A stretch of 64,000 nucleotides of DNA from Gracilinanus agilis (taxonomy: Eukaryota). The notes beneath the pieces were generated by a model. That model saw nothing but the letters and a program-made list of their open reading frames with translations, was not told the DNA's origin and did no database searches. This document shows, piece by piece, positions 39,339-53,945 of the stretch. Each line of letters starts with the position of its first letter. The stretch's first letter is position 1. Both the position numbers and the translations under genes were made by a program. The stretch lies in contig NC_058130.1 in the NCBI RefSeq assembly GCF_016433145.1, positions 737,559,980-737,623,979 of the forward strand, read 5' to 3'.

Positions 39339-39420
39339 CTAGAGAGCGACAGGAGATTTTTGCCCATGGCTCTGCTTATACAGCCTTGATGGTAAGTGTC
39401 CTGGGGGTCTGAGAACTTAC

Positions 39421-39508
39421 TCCCTCTCGGTCCCGGCTGCCCCTGGGCTGGCTCAGCTGCTTCTGGAGCACCAGACAAGCTTCCTTCAGGCGGGAACTCA
39501 GCTCAAAC
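39421..39508 (-). CDS. KANK3: KANK3 exon 6
   Basis: gcttcag|FELSSRLKEACLVLQKQLSQPRGSRDREG|gtaagt. Confidence 0.92.
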
Positions 39509-39647
39509 CTGAAGCAAGAAAAGGGGCCCTAAGGAACAGGGAAGACTTCTAAAGGTATAGAAAGGAAGCAGAGCAAGACTGGATAGGATGGAGACCCTCC
39601 CAGGGACAGAACAAAACTGACTTACTCTTCTCTTCAGTCCTACTCAC

Positions 39648-39845
39648 TTCTCTTGGTTGTCAGGGGCATCATGTGCAGCCTGTGACTGGTTCTGGACACC
39701 AGAAGAGCTGCTCCCTGGGGAATGAGGTGGAGAGTGGCCAGCAGAGCCAGAGCTATCATCTGAGGAGCCCTCAGGGTCCCCTGGCTCTGAGTCACTATCT
39801 CCATCACTGGCTTCTTCCTCTTCACTGGATGAAGAACTCTCATAC
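39648..39845 (-). CDS. KANK3: KANK3 exon 5 (acidic/Ser-rich)
   Basis: ccatcag|YESSSSSEEEEASDGDSDSE...DNQEK|gtgagt. Confidence 0.9.
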
Positions 39846-40392
39846 CTGATGGGAGAAGGGCTTATGGATAGAGGAAGACAAAGAGGAGCTTTTGGGACTG
39901 AAAATAACGAGGCTCCAAGTACCAAACAGGATCCTAGAATCCCAAACTCTCAAAGCTGAATATGACCTCAAGATATGTTGAACATGATGTGTTCCTGGCC
40001 TGGCTCTCCCCCTGCCCAACCTTCCTGACCAATAGTCAACTATTCTCTAGTGATGAGGAAACTATTACCATCCAAGAAAGCCACTTTTGAATCATGGAAG
40101 GAAGCTATAGCCCAGAACAAGGAAAAGAGTTGGCTAAGCTAGGGAAAATTAAACACTATCAAAGGATTTAGAGTTGAAGGGACCTTTGAGATTAGCTAGA
40201 CCAAACCCCCTTATTTTTTAGATGAGGAAGTTACTGCCAAAGACGGGAAGTGACTTTCCCAAAGTCACACAGCTAGTGAGTGGTAGAACTAGAGCTAGAA
40301 TCCAGGCATCTGACTTTAAACCCAGGGCTCTTTACTGGGGACCAGGAGAGAACCCAGAGCCTAGGAGGAGGGCATTGGGTTCTAGAGTCTCA

Positions 40393-41930
<1,538 letters not shown>

Positions 41931-42196
41931 CTAGCAATAGTCAGGGGCTAGAGACCAGAGGGTTAGACCCAAGTACTTGGGAAGCAAACATAGGGACAGA
42001 TCCAAAGGCCAGGAGAAGGGGGAACCCAAAGATCACCCATATCTCACGCAAAGGGACTCCCTGCTGGGGATATCTGCACCACCACCTTCCCAATTTTCCT
42101 TCCTGGAAAAACCTGGATGGCCTGAATTTCTTTGCCCTTCTCACCAGCCCAACTACTTTATCCCCTTGGAAAAATCCCTCCCCCAATTCCTCTCAC

Positions 42197-42230
42197 CTGG
42201 CAGGTTCTGGTTCATAGCAAACTTGGCCAT
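42197..42230 (-). CDS. KANK3: KANK3 first coding exon (exon starts at 42235)
   Basis: ccacag|agacaATG; reads MAKFAMNQNLP G|gtgaga. Confidence 0.92.
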
Positions 42231-42488
42231 TGTCTCTGTGGACAGACAGGAAAAAAGATTTGGCCTAGACCAGCAAGTTTACAGACCATTTAAGCCTAGT
42301 CCTGCTCAGTCTGCCCTCTCCTCTGGAACTGCTGGGGGCAGAAGGACAGACCTCCATTTGGAGTCAAGAAAAACCCAAATTCATGTCTCTGCTCTGCTTC
42401 ATTTACTAACTGCGTGACTCTGAGGACAGAATTTAACCTGTTTAAACCTCATTTTGTTCCTCTATAAAATGAAAGGGTTAAACTAGTC

Positions 42489-42696
42489 CAAGGGCTCTTA
42501 ACCTTGTTTGTGACATGGTCCCCTTTGGTAAAGTCTGTGGACCCCTTCTCAGAATCTTTTTTGTTACCTATATTCATAACTGAAGGAAATGCTAAATTTC
42601 AGTTAGAAATTAGTAAAAATAAAGATAATGTTTCCCCCCTCATCCAAGTTCACAGACTTGAAATCCAACCTTGGGTCCTGGGGTTAAAAATCCCGG
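42489..42696 (+). mobile_element. hAT-Charlie MITE (MER5-like)
   Basis: caagggctcttaacc...ggttaaaaatcccgg termini; related to 4107-4289. Confidence 0.65.
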
Positions 42697-43344
42697 GACA
42701 AGATGCTCTCTAAGATACATCCCAGTTCTGACTTGCTACATTCTCAAGTCCCTCCCAGCTCTAACATTCTATGTTCCTGTGCCTCGTACTTAATTACAGA
42801 TGATGATCCCCAGATGATACCAAGGCCCCTAAAGAGTGAGACCAAAAATAGTGAAAAGTCAGACTAAAGAGCAACCCATCTCCCACCCCAGCCCTATCCA
42901 AAGGCAATCCTGCCATTTTAGTCAAGAGTTTATGTCAAGAGTCTAGGGATTCCTGGAGGAAGTACAGTGGAGGGAGTTTCCAGGTTACCTTTTCTATTCA
43001 CCTGGCTGCCTCTAGAACATGGTGACCTACCTCTTGAGGGGGCAAAGTGAGGCGAGACTTGGAAGGATTCCTATATTGCTGGGGCTTCCCCCATCTCCTT
43101 TCTCCACATTAAAGAAAAAGATAAATGAGCCGGTTATCAGGATTGCCTCCAGCAGGATCCTTGAAATCAAATCAACAAGCATTTATTAAGCACCATCTGC
43201 ATGCCAGGCTAGATACCATCTGTATGAGGTCCTAGAAACTCAAAGATAAAAATGCCCTCAAGAAGCTTACATTTCCTTCAAAAAAAAAAACAATGTGTTT
43301 ATGTATGGATATGCACAAAATGTTAATAAAGTAAATACATGGTA

Positions 43345-43597
43345 GGACAGCTAGGTGGCTTTCCTACAGGGGCAACTCCAGGAGCTGGAGGCTCATCTTA
43401 CCGAATTCAGATCTAGCCTCAGACACGCTCGCTAGCTATGTAACCCTGAGCAAATCACTTAACCCTGTTGCTCTCAGTTTCCTCATCTGTCAAATGAGCT
43501 GGAGAAGGAAATGGCAAACCAGTCCATTATATCTGCCAAGAAAACTACAAAAATGGTTATGAAGAGCTGGACACAACTGTAAAATGAACAACAAAAT
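43345..43597 (+). mobile_element. MAR1-like SINE
   Basis: CORE plus gagaaggaaatggcaaacc tail. Confidence 0.8.
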
Positions 43598-44383
43598 ACA
43601 TGAATATAGTGGGCAGGAGACCCTGGCAGCTAGCAGGATGAGGAAAAGTCTCATGTTGGGGATTTTGGGGGGTGAGATGGGGGAAACAGGGTCCCTAAGC
43701 TGAGCTTTGAAGGAAATAAGAGATTCTAAGAGCCAGAGATGAAAATCAAGGGGCTATAGACAAGGGGCTAGCCTGCACAAATGCTCAGAGAGATTAAGTA
43801 CCATGTTCAGGGAACCAGCAGAAGACCAGTCTGGAGAAACTACAGAGGATGAAGAAGAGAAGTGGAATGTAAGCTAGGGCTGTAAAGATAAGTTGGGGGC
43901 AAGTCGCAAAAGAGCTTTATGTGAATAAAGGCTTCTGGAGAGTAGGGCCCTCCAGTTAAGGCTCTGCCTAGCAGGTAGAATCTGATACCCCTAGTAACCA
44001 TAGAGCTCAGCACCCCATACTTGGCCTTTGGCCAAAGCAGTAAGAACTTGTGCCTTAACTCAGAAGACCCAGGTTCAATTCCTAGTTCTGGAACTTCCTA
44101 GCTAGGTGTTCTTAGGTAAGACCATTGCCCTGTCTGGGCCTCAGTTTCTTTCTCTATAAAATGAAGTGGCCCTATTAAGCAAAATTATTATAGAGAAAAC
44201 ACTTTGCATGCTCCAAAGTCATATGGAAATGGGAGCTATTATGGGATCTGAGACTGGAAGGAACCTTAGGGACCACTGAATTTAACTCCCTCATTTTATA
44301 TATGGAGAAGACCCAGAAAGGGGGAGTGACTTGCTCAGGGTCACACAGTTAACAATTAGCAAAGATTGGATCCAAACCTGTTA

Positions 44384-45231
44384 TGTTATAATAAAGGAGG
44401 TCACTTGTATCTATTTGAGGTAGTAGAAATGATGTACAGAGAGGAATAAGATGACCCTTCTCCTTTATAACAGTTGCCCAGGCAGGATCCTTCAGGTTGA
44501 AAAGGTTTATCCCTTCAGGACCCACCTGGGGTTAATTGATATATTAATTTGGGCTCTTCAGCTAGGATAATGACGATATTCTGACTGTGTTGTCTCCCTT
44601 CCCAAAACAAGTTTTGAAACTGATTTAGGAAGGTACTTTAAACTTTATATATTAATAGGAAGGATAAGGGTAAAGGACTGAGGTACTGGAGACCCTATTA
44701 AAATTATTACTATTGAAACCCTAACTGCAGGCAAATGAAGAACAATGTTAGCTTCCTTCTGGTTCAGCCTGGCTAGGACTAAACTAGAGTAGGTAAACTG
44801 CTGGGAAATCTTCAGCTTCTTCTTCTGTAGATCTTAGCCTTAACAGTTGAGATATATCCACCCTTTCTACCCTCTTCTTCATCTCCTGCCCACTTCCCGG
44901 ATCCCTCCCGGGCCCTGGGAAACCTAGATAGCTAGATGATGAAACTCCTAATATCTAGGGACAGTAGACACCGAGGTGATGGTCAAATACAGGTTGATAA
45001 CGGTATATCAAGGACAGGAAGAGCTTGCAGAGAGATGTTTGCACCCTCTCCCTCCAAGACCAGGATCCACCGATCTCTCGCCTCAGGACAGGTACCAGAC
45101 CCAGAACTTCTGCTCAGGGTTCTCAACTGCCCCCTCCTGCCTTTCGCATGCCTCCCTGGGAACATCCTATCCAACTGACTTAACTGTCAATCATTGAATG
45201 AACTTCAAGCTCCCAGAGATTCAATATAACA
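44384..45231 (-). mobile_element. Solo LTR (class I-type, 848 bp) in KANK3 intron 1
   Basis: Perfect terminal inverted repeat TGTTATA...TATAACA; 4-bp TSD GTTA (44380-44383, 45232-45235). Orientation inferred. Confidence 0.75.
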
Positions 45232-45874
45232 GTTATCAGATGAAGCATCCCTACCTATATATCGTGGCCACCCATTTTTTTAATGACTTGCTATGCTAAA
45301 TAATCCTTAGCAAATCACTTAACCTTTTATTGTCCAACACAAGTTGCAAAGCGGTTGCTAATCTGTAATGATAGACCGTTTCCTCCCAGGGAGTTCCCTA
45401 TACCAATTAGATCACAGGCTTAAATTTTTTTTTAATTATTTTTTTTTTTATTTTTAAAAAGGGAAGTTTAGATGCAGTTTGCTTTAACAGTCCACCTTTG
45501 AGTTAGGTTTCATATTTGGTCTTTGACACTAGCTATGTAACCACAGCTTAAATCACTTAAACCCTCTTAGTGAGATAAGCTCTCAGAATCTCTCTGAAAT
45601 GTTATAGAACAGTTATAGATTTTGCATGGGTAGAGGGAGTTTCCACACCAGGAATCCCCTATCCTGATGAAATCACAGTTCCAAAACTAAGATCTTCCCC
45701 CTCTTCCCCAATTATTATTTATATGATTACTGCTGAGGCTAGCAGGAAGACCAAAGGACTTGTGTCACTATTAGGGAGCTGGAAACCAAGGAGGTGGGAG
45801 TGTACAGGTAGAAAATGGGCTCCTATAACTATACTTGAATGAATGATTATTTGAGAGATAGCATGATATAGTAG

Positions 45875-46135
45875 GGGAAGGGGAGGAATAAGCATTTATA
45901 AAGCACCTCCTCTGTGCTAGGTACCATGTCAAGTGTTTTTTTACAAGTATCTTATTCAGTTCCCACAACCCTGGAAAGTAGGTGCTAATAGCATTCCTAT
46001 TTTACAATTGAGGAAACTAAGGAACAGAGATTAAGTGATTTGCCCAGGATCACAAGGCTAGTCAGTGTCTGAGGCTGGATTTGAACTCAGGTCTTCCTGA
46101 CTCTAGACCTAGCACCTCTGTCTACTGTACCACCA
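45875..46135 (-). mobile_element. MIR-type SINE
   Basis: cctattttacaattgaggaaactaagg..gtgatttgcccaggatcaca. Confidence 0.75.
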
Positions 46136-49100
46136 ACTATCTAGCTAGGAAGTACAATTCTGGCCCTCAGTTCCAGTCCAAACTCTGCAGTTTATCATCT
46201 TTAACTAAGGAGTAAACACCTTAATTGCTCTGAGCTTCAGTTTCTGCATCTGTAAAGTAGGAACCATAATAAACACTCAATCTGGAGTCAGGGAACCTGG
46301 ATTCCAATCATGGCTCAGCCTTGACTCCAAGGACCCTGCTGAACATCATCTTGATGCTCCCTACTCAGTTCTTCCTCTGCATCCATGCCTACTCTCTCTC
46401 CTCAGGTACCTCCTTTGTAAAGGGGGTTAAAGTCTCTTCCATCTTTAAAACCTAACATCGTATTTCATAATCACATGAGGGAAGTGTTTAAGCAATATAG
46501 CAATGGGAGCAGGTAACTATTCTTTCCTTCCTATCATGCCAAGAGAGATTGAATGTCTTTGGGTTAGAGACCAAAAAGATCAAAGAGGAGCTAGGTGCTC
46601 TGATAAGAAGCAGCAAGGAAGTGATCAGAGAGGACAGTTTGGGTATATGAAAGAAGACGAATTTCTACTAGTAGCACGGGGATGATACTCTGGACCAAAA
46701 AAGAGAGTGACTTCTTGAGGATACTGACCTCCTGGGTCTGAGGAAATTGAACAGAAACTGGTACCATGTGTCTGTAAGATCAAATGAGTCCATATTTGTA
46801 AATCACTCAGCACAGTGCCTGTCACATAACAGGCACTCTATAAATGCCTATTCCCTCCCTCCTCTGTGATTGTGCAACCTAGAAATACCTGGTCATCATG
46901 TTTATCCACACTTCTAAAAAGAAGCCAAGTTTATATCATCCAGAAGATGTTTACCACCTCTGTAACCTTAGGTAAATCACCACCCTTCTCTATATTTCTG
47001 TAAAATGGGGGAAGAGTATTTGGGCCACAAAGCATCCAAGATCCCTCCCACTTCTAAAATCTCATGATTCTAAGACAAAAGGGCTAAGAATGTCTTCCTA
47101 TAAGTGAGTCATTATGAGGCAACCAGGCAAGCAGGAGGGGACAAGGAGAAAGGCTATATAGGCAAAGAACACTCGAGCCTTGGGTTTCCAAGAGACCTAT
47201 CTCCAAGGGCACTATTTCCAGCAGTCTCACCAGATGGGCAGCCTGGGAGCCCAAGGACCTGGGTTCCAGTCCAGATTGCATTACTGGCCTCAGGCAATTC
47301 CATTCCTTTTTTTTTTTTTCTGGACCCCACTTTCCTATCTATACATGAGGAAATTGGCTTTTCCCTGCCCTCCTAGCTGGAACAATGTGTGAGTCTAACT
47401 TCCTGGAAATGGGAGAAGTGACTTCATTGCCAAGTCAGGGAGGAGGCCAAAAGGAACAGCTGAGCACACAGTACAAAGCCAAGGGTGCAAGAACATCTGT
47501 TTGCAACTGGAGCCTGAGCTCTCTAAACAGCCAAAACAGCCACAGGGGTCAAGAAGGCAGTCTTTGGGACCTGGGCCCACCCTGCCTTTCTAGGGTGAGA
47601 ACAGGAATGCTGGGGCCAGTAGAAAAAACAGAGACCTGAGACTCCTCCCCTGTCCAAGCTAGTGATACATAGTTCAGACATTCCAGTCTCATCTGGAAAC
47701 ATGCCAGCTCCCCGAAGCAGGACAGGGAGGCACCAAGGGGAAAAGAGGGGAGGGCCCTGGGCCCATGAGATAGATGCTGATGCTGTGGTCTCCCAAGACT
47801 CGCCTTCCCCAAAAGCCTGTAAGCTCCACCCATACCAGGGCCAACTTAGGTGCCAACTACTGCATGAAGCCTTCTCTGACCCAGCTGCAGGAAAGAATGT
47901 GCCTCTTGGATGACTCTCAGCATGATGCCTGCACCCTCTGTCTCCTCTGCACTTCTCACTCTCCCTAGTAGCAGATTATTTGTTTACTTGTTCCTCCCCG
48001 GTTAGTTATGTTGGAAGCTCCTTGGGAGCAGGGTCTGGGTTATAATTGTGTTGTGCTTTGTAAACCTATAAAAATAAGGGTCCGTGTATACCCAGGTCAG
48101 GGTCCTAGATGTAACTAACAGATTCATTGTAAATGTCACTTGAATTGGACAAGTTAATTCTCTGACTCCATTCACCTTCCCCCAGCCAGAAGTCTGTCCA
48201 TCTCAGGCTCCTGATTCCCTCATCTGGCCAGAGCAGGTGACTCTTCCCAACCCCTCCATCCCCAGTGGCGAATGGCTCAGAATCAGCAAAGCCAGATGCC
48301 AAAGGCCAGAGGAAACAGGACCAAAAACACTCAAGAGCTGATCAGGTTTTGGCAGTAATAGATCAGGGGGACTGAGCCTCTTTGGGGTGGGGTTGGAGAT
48401 GAGGGAAGGAGGGAGAAGTTCAGGAGCCTGATTTGGACACTGGCTCTCTAGGCCAACCCCTTGCAGTGGAAAGGGCCATCTCTAATAGTAAACCAGAATT
48501 CTTCAAGTACAGATGACATGACCACTGGTCTGGGTTGCTTAAAAGGGATTAAGGCCTCTGAGGTCCCAACCAGGTCTGAGATTCTAGGATTCTGTGAACT
48601 CAGTGATGTATGTGTGAAGAACACAGCCCTCCCTCCCCACCACCACTACCACCAGTTTGTCAGTGTCATATGATACCACCCACCTCCTGCCTGCCCTATC
48701 ACTTTATGGAGCATTGTGTACGAGTATGTGTGAGTATGTGTGTGTGTAAAAGAGCCAGAGACAGAGAGAATTAAAGTGGGCTCCCAAGCCCTGATTTTAG
48801 TAAACAGCCTCCCTTGCTTCAGCCGCCTACCCCCTGCCCTAAGCTGTCAAGGAATGGGGATGCTGCTGCCTAAGAGCCCCTCATTAGCCCATCATGACTC
48901 CCAGAGCCCTGCCAGCTATTTTGGGATCCTGAACTGTTATTATCACTGGGTAACAAGTTGGGAATGGGGGAGGAAGGAGAAGGAGGGAAAAAAGCCTTAA
49001 CTGTTGGTGAGGGGATGAATTATAACAACACATGAATTATAACAACCTAACACATCTAAGGATTTACAAAGGTAAGGAATGTGGGTATTATTATCCCCAT

Positions 49101-50466
49101 TTTACAGATTAAGAAACTGAGGCTCAAGAATCAGAATTACTTACTAGTTGTACCTCCTTGGATAAATGACAGAAAAACTGGTATTCTCCTCAATTGGAGG
49201 TGGCAGTGGGGGGTTTGTACAGGTCTCTATCTCCTCTCCACATATAGAATTCTTTGAGACAGCTATTCTCCTTACTGGGCTTCATTCCCCGCCTCCACCC
49301 CCACCCCCCACCCCCTTTATAACATGAGGAGTAGAGTCTAGGTTTTTCTAGTCTTTTCTACCTCAAAGTCCTATAGTCATAAGACCTTGGCAGGAGTTGC
49401 AGACCCTATTTTGGGAAGGTCAAAGGTATCAGCACTGCCCATTTGTGGATCAAAGAAAGAAAGCCTCCCTGGCTTTCCCCTTCCTGCTTGAAGGACAGTA
49501 GGAACTGTCCTCAGTGAGGCCCCACCCCAGTCGGGGACTGAGGTCCTGGCCCCCCTAGAGCTCTCTCACTATCCCTAGGAGTGGGAGGGGACGGAAGGGA
49601 CAAAGATTCTTCCTTCCTAGCTAGGCGGCTTCATCCGCCTGCCCATTGTCTCTCAGGGCCCCTGGGGCTGCTTCCCAGGCCCCTGCTTCCGGAGAGGTTG
49701 GGGCCCCCTCCCTCTTCCAGACCCAGTCTCCAGGGCTGGGGGTGGAGTGAGAAAAGATAGGTGATATCCAGGCATCAGCTAGGTTGAACAAGGGAGGCCT
49801 GGTACCAGTCCCTAGTAGGGAGCTGGGCAAGACAGGCTGCCAGGTCTGGACCCCAACCCTTACCTGAGAAAGAGTAGCAACATGGTCAGAGGCTTCCAAG
49901 TCTGCCTCCCCCCCCCCCATGGGCCAGCCCCCTCCCTCCCTAAAGACAAAGCCTTAACAACTCAGATTCTCTCCGCCCAGGTCTAGTCACAAGGATGGGG
50001 AGTCACATCCTCCCCTACTGGAGGTGACACAAATAGAGGAGACCCTTCCCACCCTGCTGCTTGGTCCTTTCTGGGACCTCTTTGAGAGCTCACTCCCTGC
50101 AAGGGCCTCCCTTCTACCTTACCATCCAGGGAAGGTGACCTGCCTAGGAAATTCTCCTGGAATTGGACTGAACCTGCAAACCCATTCCTATTCTCACCTA
50201 TTCCCTGGACCCCTGCCCCTCCTATGCCTTCTCCTGCCCAGCCCCACTGTCTCTGCTCCACCAGCTCCCACTCTCCCCCTCCATTCCCCCACCCCCAAAT
50301 CCTCAGTCCATGCGCCCTCAAACCTCTAACCCAGGTCCTCATCCCTCTCTCCCATCTCCCGCTTCCTCATCCCCTACATCACCTGGTCCTTCGGTTCCTC
50401 CAGTATCTCCCAGTATCTCCCTCCGTCCCTCCCTCCTGGCCCATCGGGAATTCCAAACTCTCCTAC

Positions 50467-50620
50467 CTGAGCTGCTCCCGGCCCCGACGCCGGAGCCTTA
50501 GCCAGAAGCCAAGGCTCTGCTTAATAAACCAACTGGCAACTGCATCAGCCAATCATGAAGCGAAGGGTTCCAGGAAGCCCAATGGTAGTGTAAGGGCTGG
50601 GGAGGGGCGGGGAATCCAAA
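50467..50620 (-). promoter_or_regulatory. KANK3: KANK3 promoter and non-coding exon 1 (donor at 50466)
   Basis: GC box (50604-50612), CCAAT (50549-50553), TATA-like TTTATTAA (50521-50528), then a short GC-rich exon ending CAG|gtagga; CpG-rich. Confidence 0.65.
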
Positions 50621-51404
50621 AGCTGAGTCGCTCTCAGAGCCCAAACTGAGGAGGGGACTGAGCTCCGAGCCCCTCCCTGCGGGCTGCTTTCGTCCGGCCC
50701 AATGATCCCGGCCCAGCCACCCCGAGCCCGGGATTTCCTCGGGCGGCTGTCTGGCCGAGAGCCTGCAGAAGAACTTAGAACCTAGAACCTAGCCTGTTGG
50801 CTAGAGAGCCGAGACTAGACCGCCACCCAACTCAGAGAGCCCAAAGCTCAACCAGCACTAGTGCCCAGTCCCAGAACCCAATTCAGAGGGCTCAGACGTC
50901 CCAAATGGAAGACCAGAGCCCAAAGGAAAGACCAAACCTTGTCCTAAAGTGGAGACAGGAATTCCGCCTAGAGGCCAGAGCTCATCCTTGGCCACCTATA
51001 GCCACTGCAATAGCCAGAATCTACCGGAGCAGAGCCTCCGGGGCTCAGAGCCCGGCCCAGTTCAAAATTGAAGACTGGAGCCCCAGCCTGGAATTTTAGA
51101 ACCGCCTTCCACGGAGAACTCCCTCCCTGTGTGCATTGCTGCAGGCAAGCACTTCAACCCCACCCTCCAGAGGCACTCGGTAGTCACTTAGCCACCTCTG
51201 ACATTCCCGCTGCTCATTCTTTCTGTCTGTGTTTGCCCTCTTTCCAACCAATCCAAGAGCCTCCCAGGGGCAGAATGAGATGATACGTCCAGAATGACTT
51301 CCAACCTATTCCTCCAGTATGGCCATCTTTTTCAATCTCTAAGTCAGGCAACCCCAGGGAAGAACTAGATCCAAGGAATTAGAGACTGGTACTCAGACTA
51401 AAAT

Positions 51405-51648
51405 AGGAGATGAGTAAAAACTACAGGCACAAAGGATAAAGCACTGGGCCTAGAATCGGGAAGACCAGAGTTCAAATTCAGCCTAAGACACATTAGCTAT
51501 GAGACCCTGGGCAAGTCACTTTACCCTGTTTGCCTCAGTTTCCTCATCTTCAAAATGAGCTGAAGAAGAAGAAAATGGTTAGCCACCCCAGTATCTTTGC
51601 CAAGAAAACTCCAAATGAGATCACAAAGAGTTGGTCACAACTGAACAA
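51405..51648 (+). mobile_element. MAR1-like SINE
   Basis: CORE plus cagtatctttgccaagaaaactcc tail. Confidence 0.8.
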
Positions 51649-52057
51649 CTATGGCCAAAGCTAGACTCTGTTGTACTCTATTATTTGCTCCAATGCTTGC
51701 CTGGCTTATAAATAATTTCTCTTTCCCTCAGGTCTGGAATCCTGAATTTAATGAACTTTTATTTATGCCTCTTATGTGCTGACCTGCCATAGCTCCCTCA
51801 GGAACCTTCCATCAGGAGCCTAATTATAGACTTATATAGTTTTGAGCAGGAGGACAAATCCTATTTACTTTAGAGGCCCAGAAAGGGAAAGTGACTTGCT
51901 CTGAGTTATACAGGACTTTTGACTCAATCCAGGGCTCTTTCTGCTATTATACTAAGAGACTTCCATCTCTTTCCTGACCCAAATCCCCCACTTTCCTCTT
52001 TGTTCCAAGCCTGTCTCCCCTTTAGTTAGGTTAATAATAATAATAATTGACATTTAA

Positions 52058-52255
52058 GGAAGCAGCTAGGTGGCTTAGTGGATAGAGAGGCAAATCTGGA
52101 AATGGAAAGTCCTGGGTTCAAATTTGACCTAGACATTTCCTAACTGTATGACCCTGGGCAAATCACTTAATCCCCATTGCCCAGCCCTTACCACTCTTCT
52201 GCCTTGGAAACAATATACAATATTGATTCTAAGATGTAAGGTAATAATTTTTTAA
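52058..52255 (+). mobile_element. SINE1_Mdo-like SINE with about 22-bp TSD
   Basis: Flanked by taataataataattgacattta / taataataataattaacattta. Confidence 0.85.
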
Positions 52256-52545
52256 GACTAATAATAATAATAATTAACATTTACAGTGTAAAGTGTACCG
52301 AGGGAAGCAGTTGAGTAATACCATAGTTACTTAACCTCTGTTTGCCTCAAATTTCCCACCTATAAAATGGAAATAATAACACCTACCTTGAAGAGTTATA
52401 TGGGAATAAAATGAGATAATATTTGTTAAGCACTTAGCATAGTACCTCTCACATAGTAGGCACTATATAAATGCTTATTTTCTTTTCCCTTATCCTTTCC
52501 ATATTCAAATCTTCACTTATCCTGAAGAAGTCTCTCCTTTAATTC

Positions 52546-52612
52546 TTTTTTTTTAAACCCTTACTTTCTGTCTAGGAGTCAATACCATGTATTGGCTCCA
52601 AGGCAGAAGAGT
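52546..52612 (-). mobile_element. 5'-truncated SINE (tail only)
   Basis: TSD tctcctttaattctt on both sides. Confidence 0.8.
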
Positions 52613-53017
52613 TCTCCTTTAATTCTTAAATACTTTCAGTTATTTCATTTGACCCATACAACAACCCTGGGAGGTGGATGGCATTATTATCACCTGTTTA
52701 CAAATGGAGAAACTGAGGCTGAGAGGTTAAATTACTTGCTCAGGTTTACCCAGCTGGGAAGTGTCCATGGCTGGATTTAAACTCTGTCTATGCATTCAAT
52801 TACTCATTCTTCTTCAGGTTCCCCTACTGTCTCTCTGAATATTCTCTATTATGTCATAAAAGCCTGCTCATCCTATAAGTACACTTCAATCCCCCCAGTC
52901 CCTTTCCTTTGATTGTCTGATTCCTCTTAGAATCTCTATTTTATTTTATTTTTCCATATTATTCATTGTTGCAAGAAAATATTCACATAAAACTAAAACC
53001 TCAAAATAAAAACACAG

Positions 53018-53220
53018 GGGGCAGCTGGGTAGCTCAGTGGAGTGAGAGTCAGGCCTAGAGACAGGAGGTCCTAGGTTCAAACCTGGCCTCAGCCACTTCC
53101 CAGCTGTGTGACCCTGGGCAAGTCACTTGACCCCCATTGCCCACCCTTACCAATCTTCCACCTATGAGACAATACACCGAAATACAAGGGTTAAAAAAAA
53201 ATAAAAATAAAAATAAAAAC
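53018..53220 (+). mobile_element. Young SINE1_Mdo-like SINE
   Basis: Same tail variant as 21823; TSD aaataaaaacaca. Confidence 0.92.
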
Positions 53221-53224
53221 ACAA

Positions 53225-53520
53225 AGTGAAAAATAAGGTGTTTAGATCTGCATTTCCAACTTTAACAATTCTTTCTCTAGAAGTGAATAGTATTCTTTGT
53301 CATACAACTTTCAGAATTGTCCTGGATCATTGCATTGCTAAAAATAGCTAAGTAAAAAACAAAAAGTAGCTAAGTCTTTCATAGTTGGTCATCCCACAAT
53401 ATTGCTGTTACCATGTGCAATGTTCTTCTGGCTCTGCTTATTTCACTGTGCATCAGTTCATGTAGATCTTTCCAGCTTTTTCTGAAATCATTATGCTCAT
53501 CATTTCTTACAGCAAATCTC
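53225..53520 (-). mobile_element. L1 3' fragment
   Basis: gttcttctggctctgcttatttcactgtgcatcagttcatg. Confidence 0.8.
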
Positions 53521-53727
53521 CATTTTAAAGAAAGCACCCAGGCCAACCTTGTCTCATACCCCAGACATTCTCTATCATTCCCCCTAATGAGTACTTTCTC
53601 CCTGCTTTTCATCTCCTTTTTGTGTGTCCCTTTCTCTCCACCTTAGAATGGAAGTTCCTCAATGGCAGGAACTGTCTTTTTATATTTGTATTCTTATGCT
53701 TAGCATAGTCCATGGTGCTTCAATAAT

Positions 53728-53945
53728 GCTTTTTTTTGTTTGTTTGTTTGTTTTTTTTGTTTTAATTTTAAACCCTTAACTTCTGTGTATTGATTTTATA
53801 GGTGGAAGATTGGTAAGGGTAGGCAATGGGGGTCAAGTGACTTGCCCAGGGTCACACAGCTGGGAAGTGTCTGAGGCCGGATTTGAACCTAGGACCTCCT
53901 GTCTCTAGGCCTGACTCTCAATCCACTGAGCTACCCAGCTGCCCC
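53728..53945 (-). mobile_element. Young SINE1_Mdo-like SINE
   Basis: Near-identical to the 13265 copy; T-rich tail. Confidence 0.92.
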
